Part shown: one piece after another, positions 10,702 through 22,323 of the stretch
Numbering within the stretch: the first letter of the stretch is position 1
Layout: each line of letters starts with the position of its first letter
Assembly (NCBI GenBank): GCA_046047415.1
Contig: JBJOHX010000025.1
Coordinates: 46,052 to 110,051, forward strand
Source: Bacteroidota bacterium
Lineage (GTDB): Bacteria; Bacteroidota; Bacteroidia; Flavobacteriales; Flavobacteriaceae
DNA: 64,000 nucleotides
Direction: 5' to 3'
Notes under the pieces: generated by a model
Told to the model about the DNA's origin: nothing
Databases searched by the model: none
What the model saw: only the letters and a program-made list of their open reading frames with translations
Translations under genes and position numbers: made by a program

Positions 10702-11112
10702 TTAAACTCTACGTCTTTTTGGAGGACGACATCCATTGTGCGGCATTGGGGTAACATCAACAATCTCAGTTACCTCGATACCTGCATTGTGAATGGAACG
10801 AATTGCAGATTCACGCCCGTTACCTGGTCCTTTAACATAAACCTTAACCTTGCGTAATCCTGCCTCATGAGCGGTTTTTGAACATTCCTCCGCAGCCACC
10901 TGAGCCGCATAAGGCGTGTTTTTCTTAGAACCGCGAAATCCCATTTTTCCAGCAGAAGCCCAGGAAATTACATCTCCCTTTTTATTGGTAAGGGAAATAA
11001 TGATGTTGTTAAAAGAAGCACTAATGTGCGCTTCTCCGGAAGATTCAATAATAACCTTCCGCTTTTTAACCGTTTTGGTCGCCTTAGACCCTTTTGAAGC
11101 TGTCTTTGCCAT
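10702..11112 (-). CDS. rpsK: 30S ribosomal protein S11
   Basis: 136 aa with the conserved core [30 protein letters not shown]. Confidence 0.97.
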   Translation of the reverse strand: MAKTASKGSKATKTVKKRKVIIESSGEAHISASFNNIIISLTNKKGDVISWASAGKMGFRGSKKNTPYAAQVAAEECSKTAHEAGLRKVKVYVKGPGNGRESAIRSIHNAGIEVTEIVDVTPMPHNGCRPPKRRRV

Positions 11113-11207
11113 AGTTTTAAATCTGCAATTTCAAGGATATCTTTCCCAAAAACAATACCCCAATTAAGAGTATACTTCGCGGGATTAAATCCTCTCCTGA
11201 CCTTATA

Positions 11208-11582
11208 TTATTTAGTTGCCTTTTTCTTGTTGGCTACGGTTTTACGTTTTCCTTTACGGGTGCGTGAGTTATTTTTAGTACGCTGACCACGCAACGGGAG
11301 ACCTGCTCTGTGACGAATTCCCCTGTAACATCCGATATCCATCAAACGCTTGATGTTAAGCTGCGTTTCTGAACGTAGCTCTCCCTCAATAGTGTAGGCA
11401 GACACGGCATCACGGATACGACCGATTTCGTCATCACTCCAGTCTGAAACCTTAGTATCAGCATTTACCTGGGCTTTCTCGAGGATTTCCTGAGCCCTGC
11501 TATTACCAATTCCGAAAATATAGGTAAGTGCAATGACACCTCTTTTTTGTTTTGGGATATCTACCCCTGCAATTCTAGCCAT
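11208..11582 (-). CDS. rpsM: 30S ribosomal protein S13
   Basis: N-terminus [26 protein letters not shown], 124 aa. Confidence 0.97.
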   Translation of the reverse strand: MARIAGVDIPKQKRGVIALTYIFGIGNSRAQEILEKAQVNADTKVSDWSDDEIGRIRDAVSAYTIEGELRSETQLNIKRLMDIGCYRGIRHRAGLPLRGQRTKNNSRTRKGKRKTVANKKKATK

Positions 11583-11584
11583 AG

Positions 11585-11701
11585 TTACCCTTGTCTTTGT
11601 TTAAATCTAGGATTCTTTTTGTTGATCACATACAGCCGTCCCTTCCGTCTTACAATCTTGCAGTCGGCGCTGCGTTTTTTTATGGATGCTCTTACTTTCA
11701 T
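11585..11701 (-). CDS. rpmJ: 50S ribosomal protein L36 (not in the ORF track; below its size cutoff)
   Basis: Hand translation of the minus strand gives [38 protein letters not shown] followed by a stop. It sits exactly between infA and rpsM, as in other bacteria. Confidence 0.93.
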   Translation of the reverse strand: MKVRASIKKRSADCKIVRRKGRLYVINKKNPRFKQRQG

Positions 11702-11718
11702 CTCTTGCGTTTTCTCTC

Positions 11719-11934
11719 TTAGTATCTATATGTTATTCTAGCTTTACTCAGGTCATACGGACTCATTTCCAACTTAACCCGATCACCAGGCAACAATTTT
11801 ATATAGTGCATTCGCATTTTACCTGAAATATGGGCCGTTACCACATGTCCATTTTCTAACTCTACACGAAACATAGCATTAGAAAGTGCTTCGATAATGG
11901 TTCCATCCTGGGATATTGCGGATTGCTTCGCCAT
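11719..11934 (-). CDS. infA: Translation initiation factor IF-1
   Basis: 71 aa, with [43 protein letters not shown]. Confidence 0.97.
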   Translation of the reverse strand: MAKQSAISQDGTIIEALSNAMFRVELENGHVVTAHISGKMRMHYIKLLPGDRVKLEMSPYDLSKARITYRY

Positions 11935-11935
11935 A

Positions 11936-13276
11936 TTATGCTACTTTTCTATTTTTACCCGCTTTCATTAAGCCATCATAATGACGGTTTAATAAATAGG
12001 AATTCACCTGTTGAACTGTATCGATTGCAACCCCTACCATAATTAGCAATGAGGTTCCTCCGTAAAATAAAGCCCAATTGGCTTGCATGTCCAGCAATTT
12101 AATTACCAAGGCCGGAAATACCGCCAGAATAGCTAAAAACACAGAACCCGGAAGGGTAATCAAGGACATGATGCGATCCAAGAAATCACCGGTTTCCTTT
12201 CCTGGACGTATACCAGGGATAAATCCACCACTGCGTTTTAAATCATCTGCCATTTTATTGGTAGGTACGGTAATTGCAGTATAGAAGTAAGTGAATATTA
12301 TAATTAGTAAGGCAAACAAAATATTATAAGCCAAACCAAAGATATCCTGAAATTGAACTTCCATCCATTGACCCAATGCGGAGGTATTAAAATAACCACC
12401 TATTAACCCTGGGGCAAACATAATTGCCTGAGCAAAGATAATAGGCATTACACCAGAAGCATTCAATTTTAATGGAATATACTGTCGCGATCCTACAATA
12501 TTCTTTTCGTAACCGCCAGAAGCAGTTCGACGTGCGTATTGTACAGGAATACGGCGGGTTGCCATCACTAATAAAATACTGGCTAGAATTACTAAAAACC
12601 AAATGATTAATTCAACTAGTATCAACATCGGGCCCCCGTTACCATTCAATCGGGAAGCACCTTCCTGAACAAAAGCCTGAGGCAGTTTAGCAATAATACC
12701 AATCATAATTAATAAGGAAATCCCATTACCAATACCTTTATCGGTAATACGCTCTCCCAACCACATGGCAAAAACTGTTCCAGTTACCAGGATAATAACT
12801 GCCGGAATCATAAAATTAAGTCCTTTACCTAGTAAAAATGCACTATCAGGTACGCCTAACGCACCAAGACTATACAAATAGGTAGGCGCTTGAATAATAC
12901 AAATTCCAATAGTTAACCACCGTGTGATTTGATTTTTGGTTTTGCGTCCACTTTCTCCCTCTTTATCCAACTTTTGAAGGTAAGGAATGGCTATACCCAT
13001 AAGTTGCACCACAATAGAAGCCGAGATGTATGGCATAATACCTAAAGCAAATACAGAGGCATTGGCAAATGCACCTCCAGTAAAAGCATTAAGGATACCA
13101 AGTATTCCCTGATCTGTACTGCTAACTAAAGCTGCTAATTGTGTAGTATCAATCCCCGGTAAAACCACTTGGGCACCGAAACGATATACCAATAACAATC
13201 CCAGGGTTAGCAAAATGCGCGACCTGAGCTCCTCAATCTTCCAGATATTTGTTACAATCTCGATAAACTTCTTCAT
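11936..13276 (-). CDS. secY: Preprotein translocase subunit SecY
   Basis: 446 aa, multi-pass membrane protein, in the spc-operon position after rplO. Confidence 0.96.
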   Translation of the reverse strand: MKKFIEIVTNIWKIEELRSRILLTLGLLLVYRFGAQVVLPGIDTTQLAALVSSTDQGILGILNAFTGGAFANASVFALGIMPYISASIVVQLMGIAIPYLQKLDKEGESGRKTKNQITRWLTIGICIIQAPTYLYSLGALGVPDSAFLLGKGLNFMIPAVIILVTGTVFAMWLGERITDKGIGNGISLLIMIGIIAKLPQAFVQEGASRLNGNGGPMLILVELIIWFLVILASILLVMATRRIPVQYARRTASGGYEKNIVGSRQYIPLKLNASGVMPIIFAQAIMFAPGLIGGYFNTSALGQWMEVQFQDIFGLAYNILFALLIIIFTYFYTAITVPTNKMADDLKRSGGFIPGIRPGKETGDFLDRIMSLITLPGSVFLAILAVFPALVIKLLDMQANWALFYGGTSLLIMVGVAIDTVQQVNSYLLNRHYDGLMKAGKNRKVA

Positions 13277-13287
13277 AACAGGAGAAA

Positions 13288-13740
13288 TTATAATCCGGTC
13301 ACTTCACCACCAGCAGCCTCGATTGCAGCCTTTGCACTAGCAGTAAATTTATGCGCCGTAATTTTGAGGGCGGCACTAAGCTTTCCTCTTCCCAATATTT
13401 TAACCAAATCATTTTTGTGCGCCAAACGAAGACCCACCAAAATTTCTGGAGTCACCTCATTTTGCAAAGAGCCGTTATCTACGAGCTCTTGCAAGGTATC
13501 CAAATTGATACCACGGTATTCAACTCGGTTAATATTTTTAAATCCAAATTTGGGTACCCGACGCTGTAAGGGCATCTGTCCACCCTCAAAACCAATCTTT
13601 TTAGAATAACCAGAACGGGCTTTTGCACCCTTGTGTCCTTTTGTAGCGGTACCGCCTTTACCAGATCCTTGACCGCGACCAACTGTTTTCCCGGCTTTGT
13701 GTACTGAACCTTTTGCAGGTTTTAAATTCCCTAAATCCAT
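13288..13740 (-). CDS. rplO: 50S ribosomal protein L15
   Basis: 150 aa with a Gly/Lys-rich N-terminal region (GRGQGSGKGGTATKGHKG). Confidence 0.96.
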   Translation of the reverse strand: MDLGNLKPAKGSVHKAGKTVGRGQGSGKGGTATKGHKGAKARSGYSKKIGFEGGQMPLQRRVPKFGFKNINRVEYRGINLDTLQELVDNGSLQNEVTPEILVGLRLAHKNDLVKILGRGKLSAALKITAHKFTASAKAAIEAAGGEVTGL

Positions 13741-13752
13741 TATTAAGCAGTA

Positions 13753-13932
13753 TTAGGCTTCCTGAGTTGAAACCAAGTGTTTTACTTTGTCAATCATCCC
13801 CATTACACTAGGAGTGGTTTCGTGCTCCACTACATGACCGATTCCATGCAGACCAAGTGCCTCTAACGTACGTTTCTGATTTTGAGGCCTTTTGATGCTG
13901 CTGCGTATTTGCTGTATTTTAATCTTTGCCAT
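13753..13932 (-). CDS. rpmD: 50S ribosomal protein L30
   Basis: The internal ATG at 13932 gives MAKIKIQQIRSSIKRPQNQKRTLEALGL (59 aa). The longer track ORF would overlap rpsE. Confidence 0.93.
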   Translation of the reverse strand: MAKIKIQQIRSSIKRPQNQKRTLEALGLHGIGHVVEHETTPSVMGMIDKVKHLVSTQEA

Positions 13933-13942
13933 GTGTTTTTTC

Positions 13943-14467
13943 TTATCCGTTGAAAACCTTTTCCAATGAAATGCCTCGTTGTTGAGCCACAGTGTTTGCG
14001 TCGCGAAGTTGTAATAAAGCATCGAAAGTTGCTTTAACCACATTGTGCGGGTTAGAAGATCCTTGTGACTTAGACAACACGTCTTGTACACCTACTGCTT
14101 CCAATACAGCGCGAACGGCACCACCAGCAATTACTCCGGTACCATGAGAGGCCGGTTGCAGATACACCCGAGCACCTCCAAACTTGCCCTTTTGTTCATG
14201 AGGCAAAGTGCCCTTATTTAAAGGAATACGAATTAGGTTCTTTTTTGCATCCTCTACAGCCTTAGCGATAGCCGTAGCAACTTCCTTAGACTTGCCAAGA
14301 CCGTGACCTACTACCCCATTTTCATCACCTACAACAACTATAGCTGAAAATCCAAATGCACGTCCACCTTTAGTTACTTTAGTCACGCGTTGAACGCCTA
14401 CCAAACGATCCTTGAGTTCAAGTCCTCCCGGCTTAACCGTTTCGACATTTTTATATTTACCGTACAT
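13943..14467 (-). CDS. rpsE: 30S ribosomal protein S5
   Basis: 174 aa with [22 protein letters not shown]. Confidence 0.97.
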   Translation of the reverse strand: MYGKYKNVETVKPGGLELKDRLVGVQRVTKVTKGGRAFGFSAIVVVGDENGVVGHGLGKSKEVATAIAKAVEDAKKNLIRIPLNKGTLPHEQKGKFGGARVYLQPASHGTGVIAGGAVRAVLEAVGVQDVLSKSQGSSNPHNVVKATFDALLQLRDANTVAQQRGISLEKVFNG

Positions 14468-14475
14468 ATCCTAAC

Positions 14476-14832
14476 TTAAAATTTTAAACCGCCTTCGCGA
14501 GCACCTTCGGCCAACGATTTGATTCTTCCATGATACAAGTAACCACCGCGATCAAAAGCCACAGTTTCAATACCTGATTTTATTGCCTTCTCCGCAATCG
14601 CTTTTCCCACGGCAGTAGCCATATCCGACTTGGTGCCTTTTAAAGCTTCAAGCTCTTTATCGCGTGAGGAAGCTGCAACCAATGTTTTGCCATTTACGTC
14701 ATCAATAATCTGAGCGTAAATTTCCTTGTTACTGCGAAAAACTGACATGCGAGGACGCGCTTCGGTACCAAAGGATACCTTGCGAATGCGTTTTCTGATT
14801 CGAGATCTTCTCTCAGACTTCGTTAGTGCCAT
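14476..14832 (-). CDS. rplR: 50S ribosomal protein L18
   Basis: 118 aa with [20 protein letters not shown] ... [26 protein letters not shown]. Confidence 0.97.
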   Translation of the reverse strand: MALTKSERRSRIRKRIRKVSFGTEARPRMSVFRSNKEIYAQIIDDVNGKTLVAASSRDKELEALKGTKSDMATAVGKAIAEKAIKSGIETVAFDRGGYLYHGRIKSLAEGAREGGLKF

Positions 14833-14843
14833 AATTCTATTTA

Positions 14844-15386
14844 TTATGCTGATTTACCAGCTTTTCTTCTCAAGATTTCTCCTTTAAACTTAATACCTTT
14901 TCCTTTGTAAGGCTCAGGCTTGCGGAAGGAACGAATCTTAGCCGCAATTTGACCCACTAATTGTTTGTCGTGAGACGTCAATTTGATGGTCGGGTTCTTA
15001 CCCTTTTCAGCCGTAGTTTCAACAATAACTTCCGGAGCAAGGTCTAGAACAATATTATGAGAAAAACCTAAAGCCAAATCCAGTTTTTGACCCTGGTTGC
15101 TCGCTCTGTATCCCACACCTACCAATTCCATTTCCTTGGTCCAGCCAGCTGTTACTCCTTTAAGCATATTTGCAATTAGAGCGCGGTAAAGACCATGCTT
15201 GGCTTTATGTATTTTGGAATCTGATGGACGGGTAACCTCTACGAAACCATCTTTAACCTCAATAGCTACCTCGGAGTACTCCTGAACAAGGGTACCCAAT
15301 TTACCTTTAACGGTAACCACTCCATCTGCAACCTCTACTGAGGCCCCTGCAGGAATCGAAATCGGATTTTTACCAATTCTAGACAT
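14844..15386 (-). CDS. rplF: 50S ribosomal protein L6
   Basis: N-terminus [19 protein letters not shown], 180 aa. Confidence 0.97.
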   Translation of the reverse strand: MSRIGKNPISIPAGASVEVADGVVTVKGKLGTLVQEYSEVAIEVKDGFVEVTRPSDSKIHKAKHGLYRALIANMLKGVTAGWTKEMELVGVGYRASNQGQKLDLALGFSHNIVLDLAPEVIVETTAEKGKNPTIKLTSHDKQLVGQIAAKIRSFRKPEPYKGKGIKFKGEILRRKAGKSA

Positions 15387-15409
15387 GCTTCTGTAATTTT
15401 GTCAATCAA

Positions 15410-15811
15410 TTAATAAACGTAGCAAATAACCTCACCACCTACGTTTTCCTGACGTGCCTGCTTGCTTGTCATTACTCCATGAGAAGTAGAAACAATGGCA
15501 ATACCAAGGCCGTTTAGAACTCTCGGAAGTTCGTCAACACCAACATACTTCCGTAAACCAGGCGTAGAAATACGCTGAATTTTACGAATAACAGGCTCTT
15601 TTGTCAATCGGTCATACTTCAAGGCTATCTTGATAGAACCCTGGGCTCCTTCTTCTCCTTCGAATTTATAGCTCAAAATAAACCCTTGATCAAATAAGAT
15701 TTTGGTTATCTCCTTCTTCACGTTCGAAGCAGGAACTTCCACTACCCTGTGGCCTGCGCTACTCGCATTACGAATACGAGTTAAATAATCTGCAATAGGA
15801 TCTGTAAACAT
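15410..15811 (-). CDS. rpsH: 30S ribosomal protein S8
   Basis: N-terminus [15 protein letters not shown], 133 aa. Confidence 0.97.
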   Translation of the reverse strand: MFTDPIADYLTRIRNASSAGHRVVEVPASNVKKEITKILFDQGFILSYKFEGEEGAQGSIKIALKYDRLTKEPVIRKIQRISTPGLRKYVGVDELPRVLNGLGIAIVSTSHGVMTSKQARQENVGGEVICYVY

Positions 15812-15832
15812 CTTCTTTCCTGAATTATGGAT

Positions 15833-16102
15833 TTACCAACTCGCCTTTTTAACACCTGGAATCAGACCCTGATTGGCCATCTCGCGAAAAAGTACGCGTG
15901 AAATACCGAAGGTACGCATGTAACCTTTAGGTCTACCGGTTAGTTTGCAACGATTGTGCTTACGAACCGGAGAGGCGTTTAGCGGTAACTTTTGTAAGGC
16001 CTCATAATCGCCGGCTTCTTTAAGAGCCTTGCGTTTATCCGCATATTTCGCTACCAGTTTAGCCCTTTTTCTCTCGCGGGCTTTCATTGATTCTTTAGCC
16101 AT
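15833..16102 (-). CDS. rpsN: 30S ribosomal protein S14 (long, non-zinc form)
   Basis: 89 aa, ending in [21 protein letters not shown]. There is no CxxC pair. Confidence 0.96.
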   Translation of the reverse strand: MAKESMKARERKRAKLVAKYADKRKALKEAGDYEALQKLPLNASPVRKHNRCKLTGRPKGYMRTFGISRVLFREMANQGLIPGVKKASW

Positions 16103-16103
16103 A

Positions 16104-16655
16104 CTAATTCTTTTTAAAGGGTAACCCCAATTCTGTTAATAAGGATTTAGCCTCTTGGTCTGTTTGTGCAGATGTCACAAAAGTAATATCCATACCATTA
16201 ATACGATTGATACGATCGATGTTGATTTCAGGAAATATAATTTGCTCTGTAATCCCCATATTGTAATTTCCTCTACCATCAAAACCTGTGGCCTTGATTC
16301 CTTGAAAATCACGAACGCGTGGAAGGGCAGAAGTAACTAATCTATCTAGAAACTCATACATGCGCTCGCCTCTTAAGGTAACCTTTGCTCCAATTGGCAT
16401 GCCGCGACGTAATTTAAAGTTTGCAACGTCCTTCTTAGATGTAGTTGCAACAGCTTTTTGACCAGTAATGAGAGACAACTCATCTACCGCATGGTCAATT
16501 AATTTTTTATCGGCAACTGCAGCTCCAACACCACGGCTAACAACAATTTTATTTAGCTTGGGAACCTGCATTACATTACTGTAACCGTATTCATCGGTAA
16601 GCGCCTTAATTACGCGCTCTTTATATTCCTGTTTTAGTCTCGGTACGTAGGACAT
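16104..16655 (-). CDS. rplE: 50S ribosomal protein L5
   Basis: 183 aa in the spc-operon position, with [11 protein letters not shown]. Confidence 0.97.
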   Translation of the reverse strand: MSYVPRLKQEYKERVIKALTDEYGYSNVMQVPKLNKIVVSRGVGAAVADKKLIDHAVDELSLITGQKAVATTSKKDVANFKLRRGMPIGAKVTLRGERMYEFLDRLVTSALPRVRDFQGIKATGFDGRGNYNMGITEQIIFPEINIDRINRINGMDITFVTSAQTDQEAKSLLTELGLPFKKN

Positions 16656-16657
16656 AA

Positions 16658-16969
16658 CTATATAACTTCATTGGATTTTTTAGCCACCCGAACCTTCTTC
16701 CCGTCACGAACCTCATAACTCACCCGTGTAGCATTTCCAGATTTAGGGTCAATTAAAGAAAGGTTAGAAACGTGAATCGGAGCTTCCTTCTCAACAATTC
16801 CTCCTTGTGGATTTTTAGCGCTCGGCTTCTCGTGCTTGGAAACAGTATTCACGCCCTCAACGATGGCCCGATTTTTGTCTTTCAGAATACGGACGACTTT
16901 ACCTTCACTACCTTTATGGTCTCCGGTAATTACCCGAACGGTGTCGCCCTGTTTGATTTTGAACTTCAT
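16658..16969 (-). CDS. rplX: 50S ribosomal protein L24
   Basis: 103 aa with the KOW motif [21 protein letters not shown]. Confidence 0.96.
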   Translation of the reverse strand: MKFKIKQGDTVRVITGDHKGSEGKVVRILKDKNRAIVEGVNTVSKHEKPSAKNPQGGIVEKEAPIHVSNLSLIDPKSGNATRVSYEVRDGKKVRVAKKSNEVI

Positions 16970-16982
16970 CTTAGTCGTGTAT

Positions 16983-17351
16983 TTATAGTACCTCGGGAGC
17001 CAAGGAAACGATTTTCATAAATTGCTTTTCACGCAGTTCACGAGCCACTGGTCCAAATACACGGGTACCGCGCATTTCACCTGCCTGATTCAACAATACG
17101 CACGCATTGTCATCGAAACGGATGTACGAACCATCTGGTCTGCGAACCTCTTTGGTTGTGCGAACAACAACCGCAGTAGAAACCGCACCTTTTTTTACAG
17201 TACCGTTTGGAGTAGCCTCCTTAACGCTAACCACAATTTTATCACCAAGGGATGCATACCTTCTTTTGGTACCCCCTAAAACACGGATCGTAAGTACCTC
17301 TTTGGCACCTGTATTGTCCGCAACCTTAAGTCTGGATTCTTGTTGTACCAT
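16983..17351 (-). CDS. rplN: 50S ribosomal protein L14
   Basis: N-terminus [19 protein letters not shown], 122 aa. Confidence 0.97.
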   Translation of the reverse strand: MVQQESRLKVADNTGAKEVLTIRVLGGTKRRYASLGDKIVVSVKEATPNGTVKKGAVSTAVVVRTTKEVRRPDGSYIRFDDNACVLLNQAGEMRGTRVFGPVARELREKQFMKIVSLAPEVL

Positions 17352-17353
17352 AA

Positions 17354-17611
17354 TTATTTGGCTCTTTCAAGGATTTCTACCAACCTCCAGCACTTAGTCT
17401 TACTTAAGGGCCGGGTCTCCATGATACGTACAGTATCACCGATGTTGCAATCATTTTTCTCGTCGTGGGCAACGTATTTCTTGGTGCGTAATACGAATTT
17501 ACCGTACATGGGGTGCTTTACCCGCTTGACCTCAGAAACCACAATGGATTTCTCCATCTTGTTGCTGGTCACAACGCCGATACGCTCTTTTCTTAAATTT
17601 CTATTTTCCAT
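17354..17611 (-). CDS. rpsQ: 30S ribosomal protein S17
   Basis: 85 aa with [14 protein letters not shown] ... KYVAHDEKN. Confidence 0.96.
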   Translation of the reverse strand: MENRNLRKERIGVVTSNKMEKSIVVSEVKRVKHPMYGKFVLRTKKYVAHDEKNDCNIGDTVRIMETRPLSKTKCWRLVEILERAK

Positions 17612-17624
17612 AAAGCAACACCAA

Positions 17625-17816
17625 TTATTGGTTTTCCCTTTTTGTTAATTCGGTCGCCAGTCTAGCTACTGTTCTTCTGGCCTTCCGGAGTTGAAGCGGA
17701 TTTTCCAAAGGAGTAATCGCATGCGACATTTTTAGACTGTCATACTCCGATTTGAGTCCGGCTAACTTTTCCCGCAACGCCTCAACAGACAATTCTACTA
17801 TCTCTGATTGTTTCAT
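17625..17816 (-). CDS. rpmC: 50S ribosomal protein L29
   Basis: 63 aa, helical, located between rplP and rpsQ. Confidence 0.93.
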   Translation of the reverse strand: MKQSEIVELSVEALREKLAGLKSEYDSLKMSHAITPLENPLQLRKARRTVARLATELTKRENQ

Positions 17817-17828
17817 ATTCCTGAACTA

Positions 17829-18251
17829 TTAGGCGGGATTGTAATCCCGGGCCACGATAAATTTAGTTTTTACAGGTAGTTTTTGAGCAGCTAACCGTAG
17901 GGCTTCCTGAGCGATATCTAAAGACACTCCTCCGATCTCGAACATTATACGACCTGGTTTTACAATTGCCACCCAATATTCAGGGGCACCTTTACCCTTA
18001 CCCATCCTAACCTCTAGCGGCTTTTTGGTAATAGGCTTGTCTGGAAATATTTTAATCCACAATTGTCCCTGACGCTTCATGTAACGCGTTGCAGCGATAC
18101 GGGCAGCTTCAATCTGACGGGACGTAATGAAGGCAGAGTCCAAAGACTTTATTCCAAACATCCCGTTTGAAAGCTGATGCCCTCGTTGAGATATCCCCTT
18201 CATCCGACCCTTCTGGGTTTTCCGAAATTTGGTTCTTTTTGGCTGTAACAT
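17829..18251 (-). CDS. rplP: 50S ribosomal protein L16
   Basis: N-terminus [19 protein letters not shown], 140 aa. Confidence 0.97.
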   Translation of the reverse strand: MLQPKRTKFRKTQKGRMKGISQRGHQLSNGMFGIKSLDSAFITSRQIEAARIAATRYMKRQGQLWIKIFPDKPITKKPLEVRMGKGKGAPEYWVAIVKPGRIMFEIGGVSLDIAQEALRLAAQKLPVKTKFIVARDYNPA

Positions 18252-18271
18252 GATTCTTTAGATTCTTTAGA

Positions 18272-18982
18272 TTACTTCCTACGACGTTTCTTACCTTCAG
18301 TCTTACCTGGCTTGCTGACACCTTTGGTCATACCCACTAGCGGTGACAGCTCACGTTTGCCGTATACCTCACCTTTCATGATCCACACCTTTACACCCAA
18401 ACGCCCGTAAGTAGTATGTGCTTCTTGCAGGGCATAGTCGATATCTGCACGGAAAGTAGACAAAGGAATACGACCTTCTTTGTACGATTCTGAACGCGCC
18501 ATTTCAGCACCATTCAAACGTCCTGAAATCATCACTTTAACACCCTCAGCATTCATACGAATGGCAGCTGCAATGGCCATCTTAATGGCACGGCGGTAAG
18601 AAATACGACTTTCAATCTGACGCGCAATACTAGCGGCAACTAAATTTGCATCTAACTCCGGACGCTTAATTTCAAAAATATTGATCTGAACTTCTTTGTC
18701 CGTAATTTTCTTGAGTTCTTCTTTAAGCTTATCAACCTCCTGACCTCCTTTACCAATTATGATTCCAGGACGTGCTGTAGTAATAGTAACTGTAATAAGC
18801 TTTAAAGTCCGCTCAATAATTACACGAGATACACTCGCCTTCGCAAGACGCGCATGAATATATTTACGGATTTTATCGTCTTCTGCGAGTTTATCTCCAT
18901 AATCATCACCACCATACCAGTTGGACTCCCAGCCCCGGATAATTCCAAGACGATTTCCTATTGGATTCGTTTTTTGTCCCAT
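18272..18982 (-). CDS. rpsC: 30S ribosomal protein S3
   Basis: N-terminus [20 protein letters not shown], 236 aa. Confidence 0.97.
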   Translation of the reverse strand: MGQKTNPIGNRLGIIRGWESNWYGGDDYGDKLAEDDKIRKYIHARLAKASVSRVIIERTLKLITVTITTARPGIIIGKGGQEVDKLKEELKKITDKEVQINIFEIKRPELDANLVAASIARQIESRISYRRAIKMAIAAAIRMNAEGVKVMISGRLNGAEMARSESYKEGRIPLSTFRADIDYALQEAHTTYGRLGVKVWIMKGEVYGKRELSPLVGMTKGVSKPGKTEGKKRRRK

Positions 18983-18995
18983 ACTTCTTCGTATT

Positions 18996-19403
18996 CTAAC
19001 TTTCTGCGTTATTTCTGGCTCCTAAAACCAAGGTAACATGGTTGGAACGTTTTCTTATCCGGTGTGCGCGACCCTGTGGAGCCGGACGAAGCCTTTTAAG
19101 ACTCCGGCCACCATCTACACGTACTTCCTGAACAATTAGTCCAGCAGCCTCAACGTCTGCATCCTCATTTTTAAGTTGCCAGTTGGCAATTGCAGACAAC
19201 AAGAGCTTTTCCAGTTTTCTGGAAGCTTCTTTTGTGCTAAAACGCAAAAGCGCCAAAGCTTGTTCAACTTCTTGGCCGCGAACCATGTCCGCAACTAACC
19301 GCATTTTACGGGGAGAGGTAGGGCAATCGTTCAACTTGGCAAAAGCAACCTGCTTTTTATCCTCCTTGATCCTCTCAGCCATCTGTTTTTTCCGAACTCC
19401 CAT
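18996..19403 (-). CDS. rplV: 50S ribosomal protein L22
   Basis: 135 aa with [14 protein letters not shown]. Confidence 0.95.
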   Translation of the reverse strand: MGVRKKQMAERIKEDKKQVAFAKLNDCPTSPRKMRLVADMVRGQEVEQALALLRFSTKEASRKLEKLLLSAIANWQLKNEDADVEAAGLIVQEVRVDGGRSLKRLRPAPQGRAHRIRKRSNHVTLVLGARNNAES

Positions 19404-19406
19404 AGC

Positions 19407-19685
19407 TTATTTTTTACCTTTATTTTTAGCTCCTGCATGGCCCCGAAAAGAACGAGTTGGTGAAAATTCACCCAACTTATGTCCTACCATATTTTCGGTT
19501 ACATACACCGGAACAAATTGGCGACCATTATGCACCGCGATCGTTTGACCCACAAAATCAGGGGTAATCATCGAAGCTCGTGACCAGGTCTTAATGACCG
19601 TTTTCTTGCCAGATTCAATGTTCACTTGAACTTTTTTATCCAGACTATAATGAACGTATGGTCCTTTTTTTAGGGAACGTGCCAT
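19407..19685 (-). CDS. rpsS: 30S ribosomal protein S19
   Basis: N-terminus [11 protein letters not shown] and the motif [11 protein letters not shown]. Confidence 0.97.
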   Translation of the reverse strand: MARSLKKGPYVHYSLDKKVQVNIESGKKTVIKTWSRASMITPDFVGQTIAVHNGRQFVPVYVTENMVGHKLGEFSPTRSFRGHAGAKNKGKK

Positions 19686-19699
19686 CCTTACTTAGTGTT

Positions 19700-20524
19700 T
19701 TATTTCTTTCTGCGTTCTACAATATAGCGGTTGCTGTCCTTGGTCTTAGACCGGGTACGGAATCCTTTAGCAGGCATTCCCTTACGTGATCGTGGGTGAC
19801 CTCCTGACGCACGCCCTTCTCCACCACCCATTGGGTGATCTACAGGGTTCATAGCAACTGGTCTGGTTCTCGGACGACGTCCTAACCAACGACTTCTACC
19901 CGCTTTACCAGATACAATTAGTTGATGATCCGAGTTAGAAACCGCACCAATTGTAGCTAAACAATTCACCAAAACCATGCGGGTCTCTCCGGAGGGCAAC
20001 TTCACCGTTGCGTATTTACCATCCCGAGCCATTAACTGAGCAAAAGTACCGGCACTTCTCGCCATGATAGCCCCTTGGCCAGGACGCAATTCAATACATG
20101 AAATGATTGTACCTAAAGGGATTTCAGACAACGGTAGGGCATTTCCAATTTCAGGAGCTGAACCCGTACCACTAACGATTTTTTGACCAACTTGCAAGCC
20201 ATTTGGCGCAATAATGTACCTGTTCTCTCCATCACCGTACTGAACTAAACCGATGAAAGCAGAGCGGTTTGGATCATACTGTATAGATTTTACCTCGGCC
20301 TCTACAAGCTGCTTATCTCTACGGAAATCGATAATACGATATCTCCGTTTGTGACCGCCACCTTTATAGCGCATGGTCATCTTTCCACGACTGTTTCTAC
20401 CACCCGACTTTTTTAACGGAGCGAGAAGACTCTTCTCCGGCTTATCAGTAGTAATCGCGTCGAATCCGTTTACTACTTTAAAACGCTGTCCGGGAGTTAT
20501 AGGCTTTAATTTTCTAACTGACAT
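19700..20524 (-). CDS. rplB: 50S ribosomal protein L2
   Basis: 274 aa with [16 protein letters not shown]. Confidence 0.97.
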   Translation of the reverse strand: MSVRKLKPITPGQRFKVVNGFDAITTDKPEKSLLAPLKKSGGRNSRGKMTMRYKGGGHKRRYRIIDFRRDKQLVEAEVKSIQYDPNRSAFIGLVQYGDGENRYIIAPNGLQVGQKIVSGTGSAPEIGNALPLSEIPLGTIISCIELRPGQGAIMARSAGTFAQLMARDGKYATVKLPSGETRMVLVNCLATIGAVSNSDHQLIVSGKAGRSRWLGRRPRTRPVAMNPVDHPMGGGEGRASGGHPRSRKGMPAKGFRTRSKTKDSNRYIVERRKK

Positions 20525-20529
20525 GCCTC

Positions 20530-20820
20530 TTAGATATTATTGTAAAAATCAATTACGTCACCGTCTTTGATGTCCACGATTGCCTTTTTGTAAGCACCCT
20601 TTTTGCCTTGCTGCACACCCGTTTTGGTGAAACGAGTTTTTCGGGAAGGACCGTAAATCATGGTACGCACCTTGGTAACAGCTACTCCGTACTTGCTCTC
20701 TACAGCTTCCTTTATTTCAAGCTTATTCGCCGCAGATGCCACGATGAATCCATAGCGATTGAAAAGCTCGCTGTCGGAAGTCATTTTTTCTGTTATGATG
20801 GGTTTTATCAACACACTCAT
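20530..20820 (-). CDS. rplW: 50S ribosomal protein L23
   Basis: 96 aa in the S10-operon position between rplD and rplB. Confidence 0.95.
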   Translation of the reverse strand: MSVLIKPIITEKMTSDSELFNRYGFIVASAANKLEIKEAVESKYGVAVTKVRTMIYGPSRKTRFTKTGVQQGKKGAYKKAIVDIKDGDVIDFYNNI

Positions 20821-20826
20821 GATCGC

Positions 20827-21456
20827 TTACTTATTTAAATTCTCTTCGATTCCCGATAAAGCTCCTTCCAATAAGATGATGCTATTTGCATTCATGATTT
20901 TGTAAGTGCTTAATTCTGAGCTGGTTACTACCTCTGAACCGGGTAAATTACGAGAGGACAAATATACATTATTATTTGAACCACCCAAGACAATCAAAGA
21001 CTTTTTGTCGTCTGCTCCAATAGCCTTAAGAACCGCCTTGAAATCTTTTGTTTTTGGAGCTTCGAAAGTAAAGTCTTCCAAAACAACAATCGCATTGTCT
21101 CTGGATTTTAAACTCAATGCAGATTTGCGCGCCAAACGCTTAAGGGTTTTGTTCAGCTTCTGAGTATAATCCTTTGGGCGAGGTCCAAAAATACGCCCAC
21201 CACCGCGAAAGACTGGTGATTTTATACTACCTGCACGCGCTGTACCTGTTCCTTTTTGCTTCTTAATCTTACGAGTACTACCCGCAATTTCTCCGCGCTC
21301 TTTGGATTTGTGTGTACCCTGACGCTGATGAGCCAAATACTGCTTAACATCTAGATAGATCGCATGTTGATTGGGCTCTATTTTGAAAACACTGTCAGAA
21401 AGCTCTGCACTCCGACCGGTCTCTTTTCCTTTGATATCTAATACAGCTACCTTCAT
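20827..21456 (-). CDS. rplD: 50S ribosomal protein L4
   Basis: 209 aa with [30 protein letters not shown]. Confidence 0.96.
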   Translation of the reverse strand: MKVAVLDIKGKETGRSAELSDSVFKIEPNQHAIYLDVKQYLAHQRQGTHKSKERGEIAGSTRKIKKQKGTGTARAGSIKSPVFRGGGRIFGPRPKDYTQKLNKTLKRLARKSALSLKSRDNAIVVLEDFTFEAPKTKDFKAVLKAIGADDKKSLIVLGGSNNNVYLSSRNLPGSEVVTSSELSTYKIMNANSIILLEGALSGIEENLNK

Positions 21457-22073
21457 TACTTCAAAATAGTTACGTAAGCATTCTTATGACCAGGAATAGC
21501 ACCTTTTACAACCAACAGGTTCTTCTCGGGAACCACCTTAACAACACGTAAGTTTTGAACAGTAACCCGCTCATTACCCATCTGACCTGCCATGCGAAGT
21601 CCTTTGAAAACGCGTGAAGGATAAGATGAGGCCCCTACAGATCCCGGTGCTCTAAGCCGGTTGTGCTGACCATGCGTGGACTGACCAACTCCTCCGAATC
21701 CATGACGTTTAACAACCCCCTGAAAGCCTTTTCCTTTCGAAGTACCGATAACATCAACAAATTCTCCTTCAGCAAATAAATCAACACCAATAGTGTCTCC
21801 TAATTTGTGCTCACCTTCAAAATCGCGAAATTCAATGACTTTCCTTTTAGGTGCAGTGCCCGCCTTTTTAAAATGACCTTGTTCGGCCTTGTTGGCGTGT
21901 TTCTCTGCCTTGTCATCGAAACCGAGCTGAAGGGCATTGTACCCGTCTACCGATTCGGTTCTGACTTGGGTAACGACGCATGGCCCCGCTTCAATGACAG
22001 TACAGGGAATGTTTTTCCCATTCTCGTCAAAGATGCTGGTCATGCCGACTTTTTTTCCGATTAACCCAGACAT
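21456..22073 (-). CDS. rplC: 50S ribosomal protein L3
   Basis: N-terminus [20 protein letters not shown], 205 aa. Its stop overlaps the rplD start by 1 nt. Confidence 0.97.
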   Translation of the reverse strand: MSGLIGKKVGMTSIFDENGKNIPCTVIEAGPCVVTQVRTESVDGYNALQLGFDDKAEKHANKAEQGHFKKAGTAPKRKVIEFRDFEGEHKLGDTIGVDLFAEGEFVDVIGTSKGKGFQGVVKRHGFGGVGQSTHGQHNRLRAPGSVGASSYPSRVFKGLRMAGQMGNERVTVQNLRVVKVVPEKNLLVVKGAIPGHKNAYVTILK

Positions 22074-22177
22074 AATTATAAATTAAATTTAGTTTGGTTT
22101 CCTGCTAACTTGGATTTGAACCTTCAAACCGGCTTCAGGATTCCTGATTACACATTTTCAATTCGAAATACAACTTC

Positions 22178-22208
22178 AAAAAAAAGGGGTCAAAAATAAT
22201 TCGACCCC
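22178..22208 (-). terminator. Terminator/attenuator-like hairpin inside the rpsJ-rplC spacer
   Basis: On the minus strand: GGGGTC-GAATTATTTTT-GACCCC followed by T8. It lies 116 nt after the rpsJ stop and 105 nt before the rplC ATG. Confidence 0.55.
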
Positions 22209-22323
22209 GAAGTATTTTTGTTTCCGCTTTTCCCTGGCACGCAGCCCGGGACATGTCTTTGGAGTTGACTCCTGATTTTTTGAGTTTGCAAAACTAATAA
22301 AAAGTTTTAAAACTCAAGGCTTA

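Noticed and set aside
22135-22254. 39-aa minus-strand ORF (MSRAACQGKAETKILRGRIIFDPFFLKLYFELKMCNQES) inside the rpsJ-rplC spacer; a possible leader peptide.
   Set aside because: It has no evident ribosome-binding context. It reads straight through the terminator hairpin and U-tract (the FDPFFL stretch is just the translated stem and T-run). There is no way to test conservation here, so it is treated as a by-product of the RNA element.
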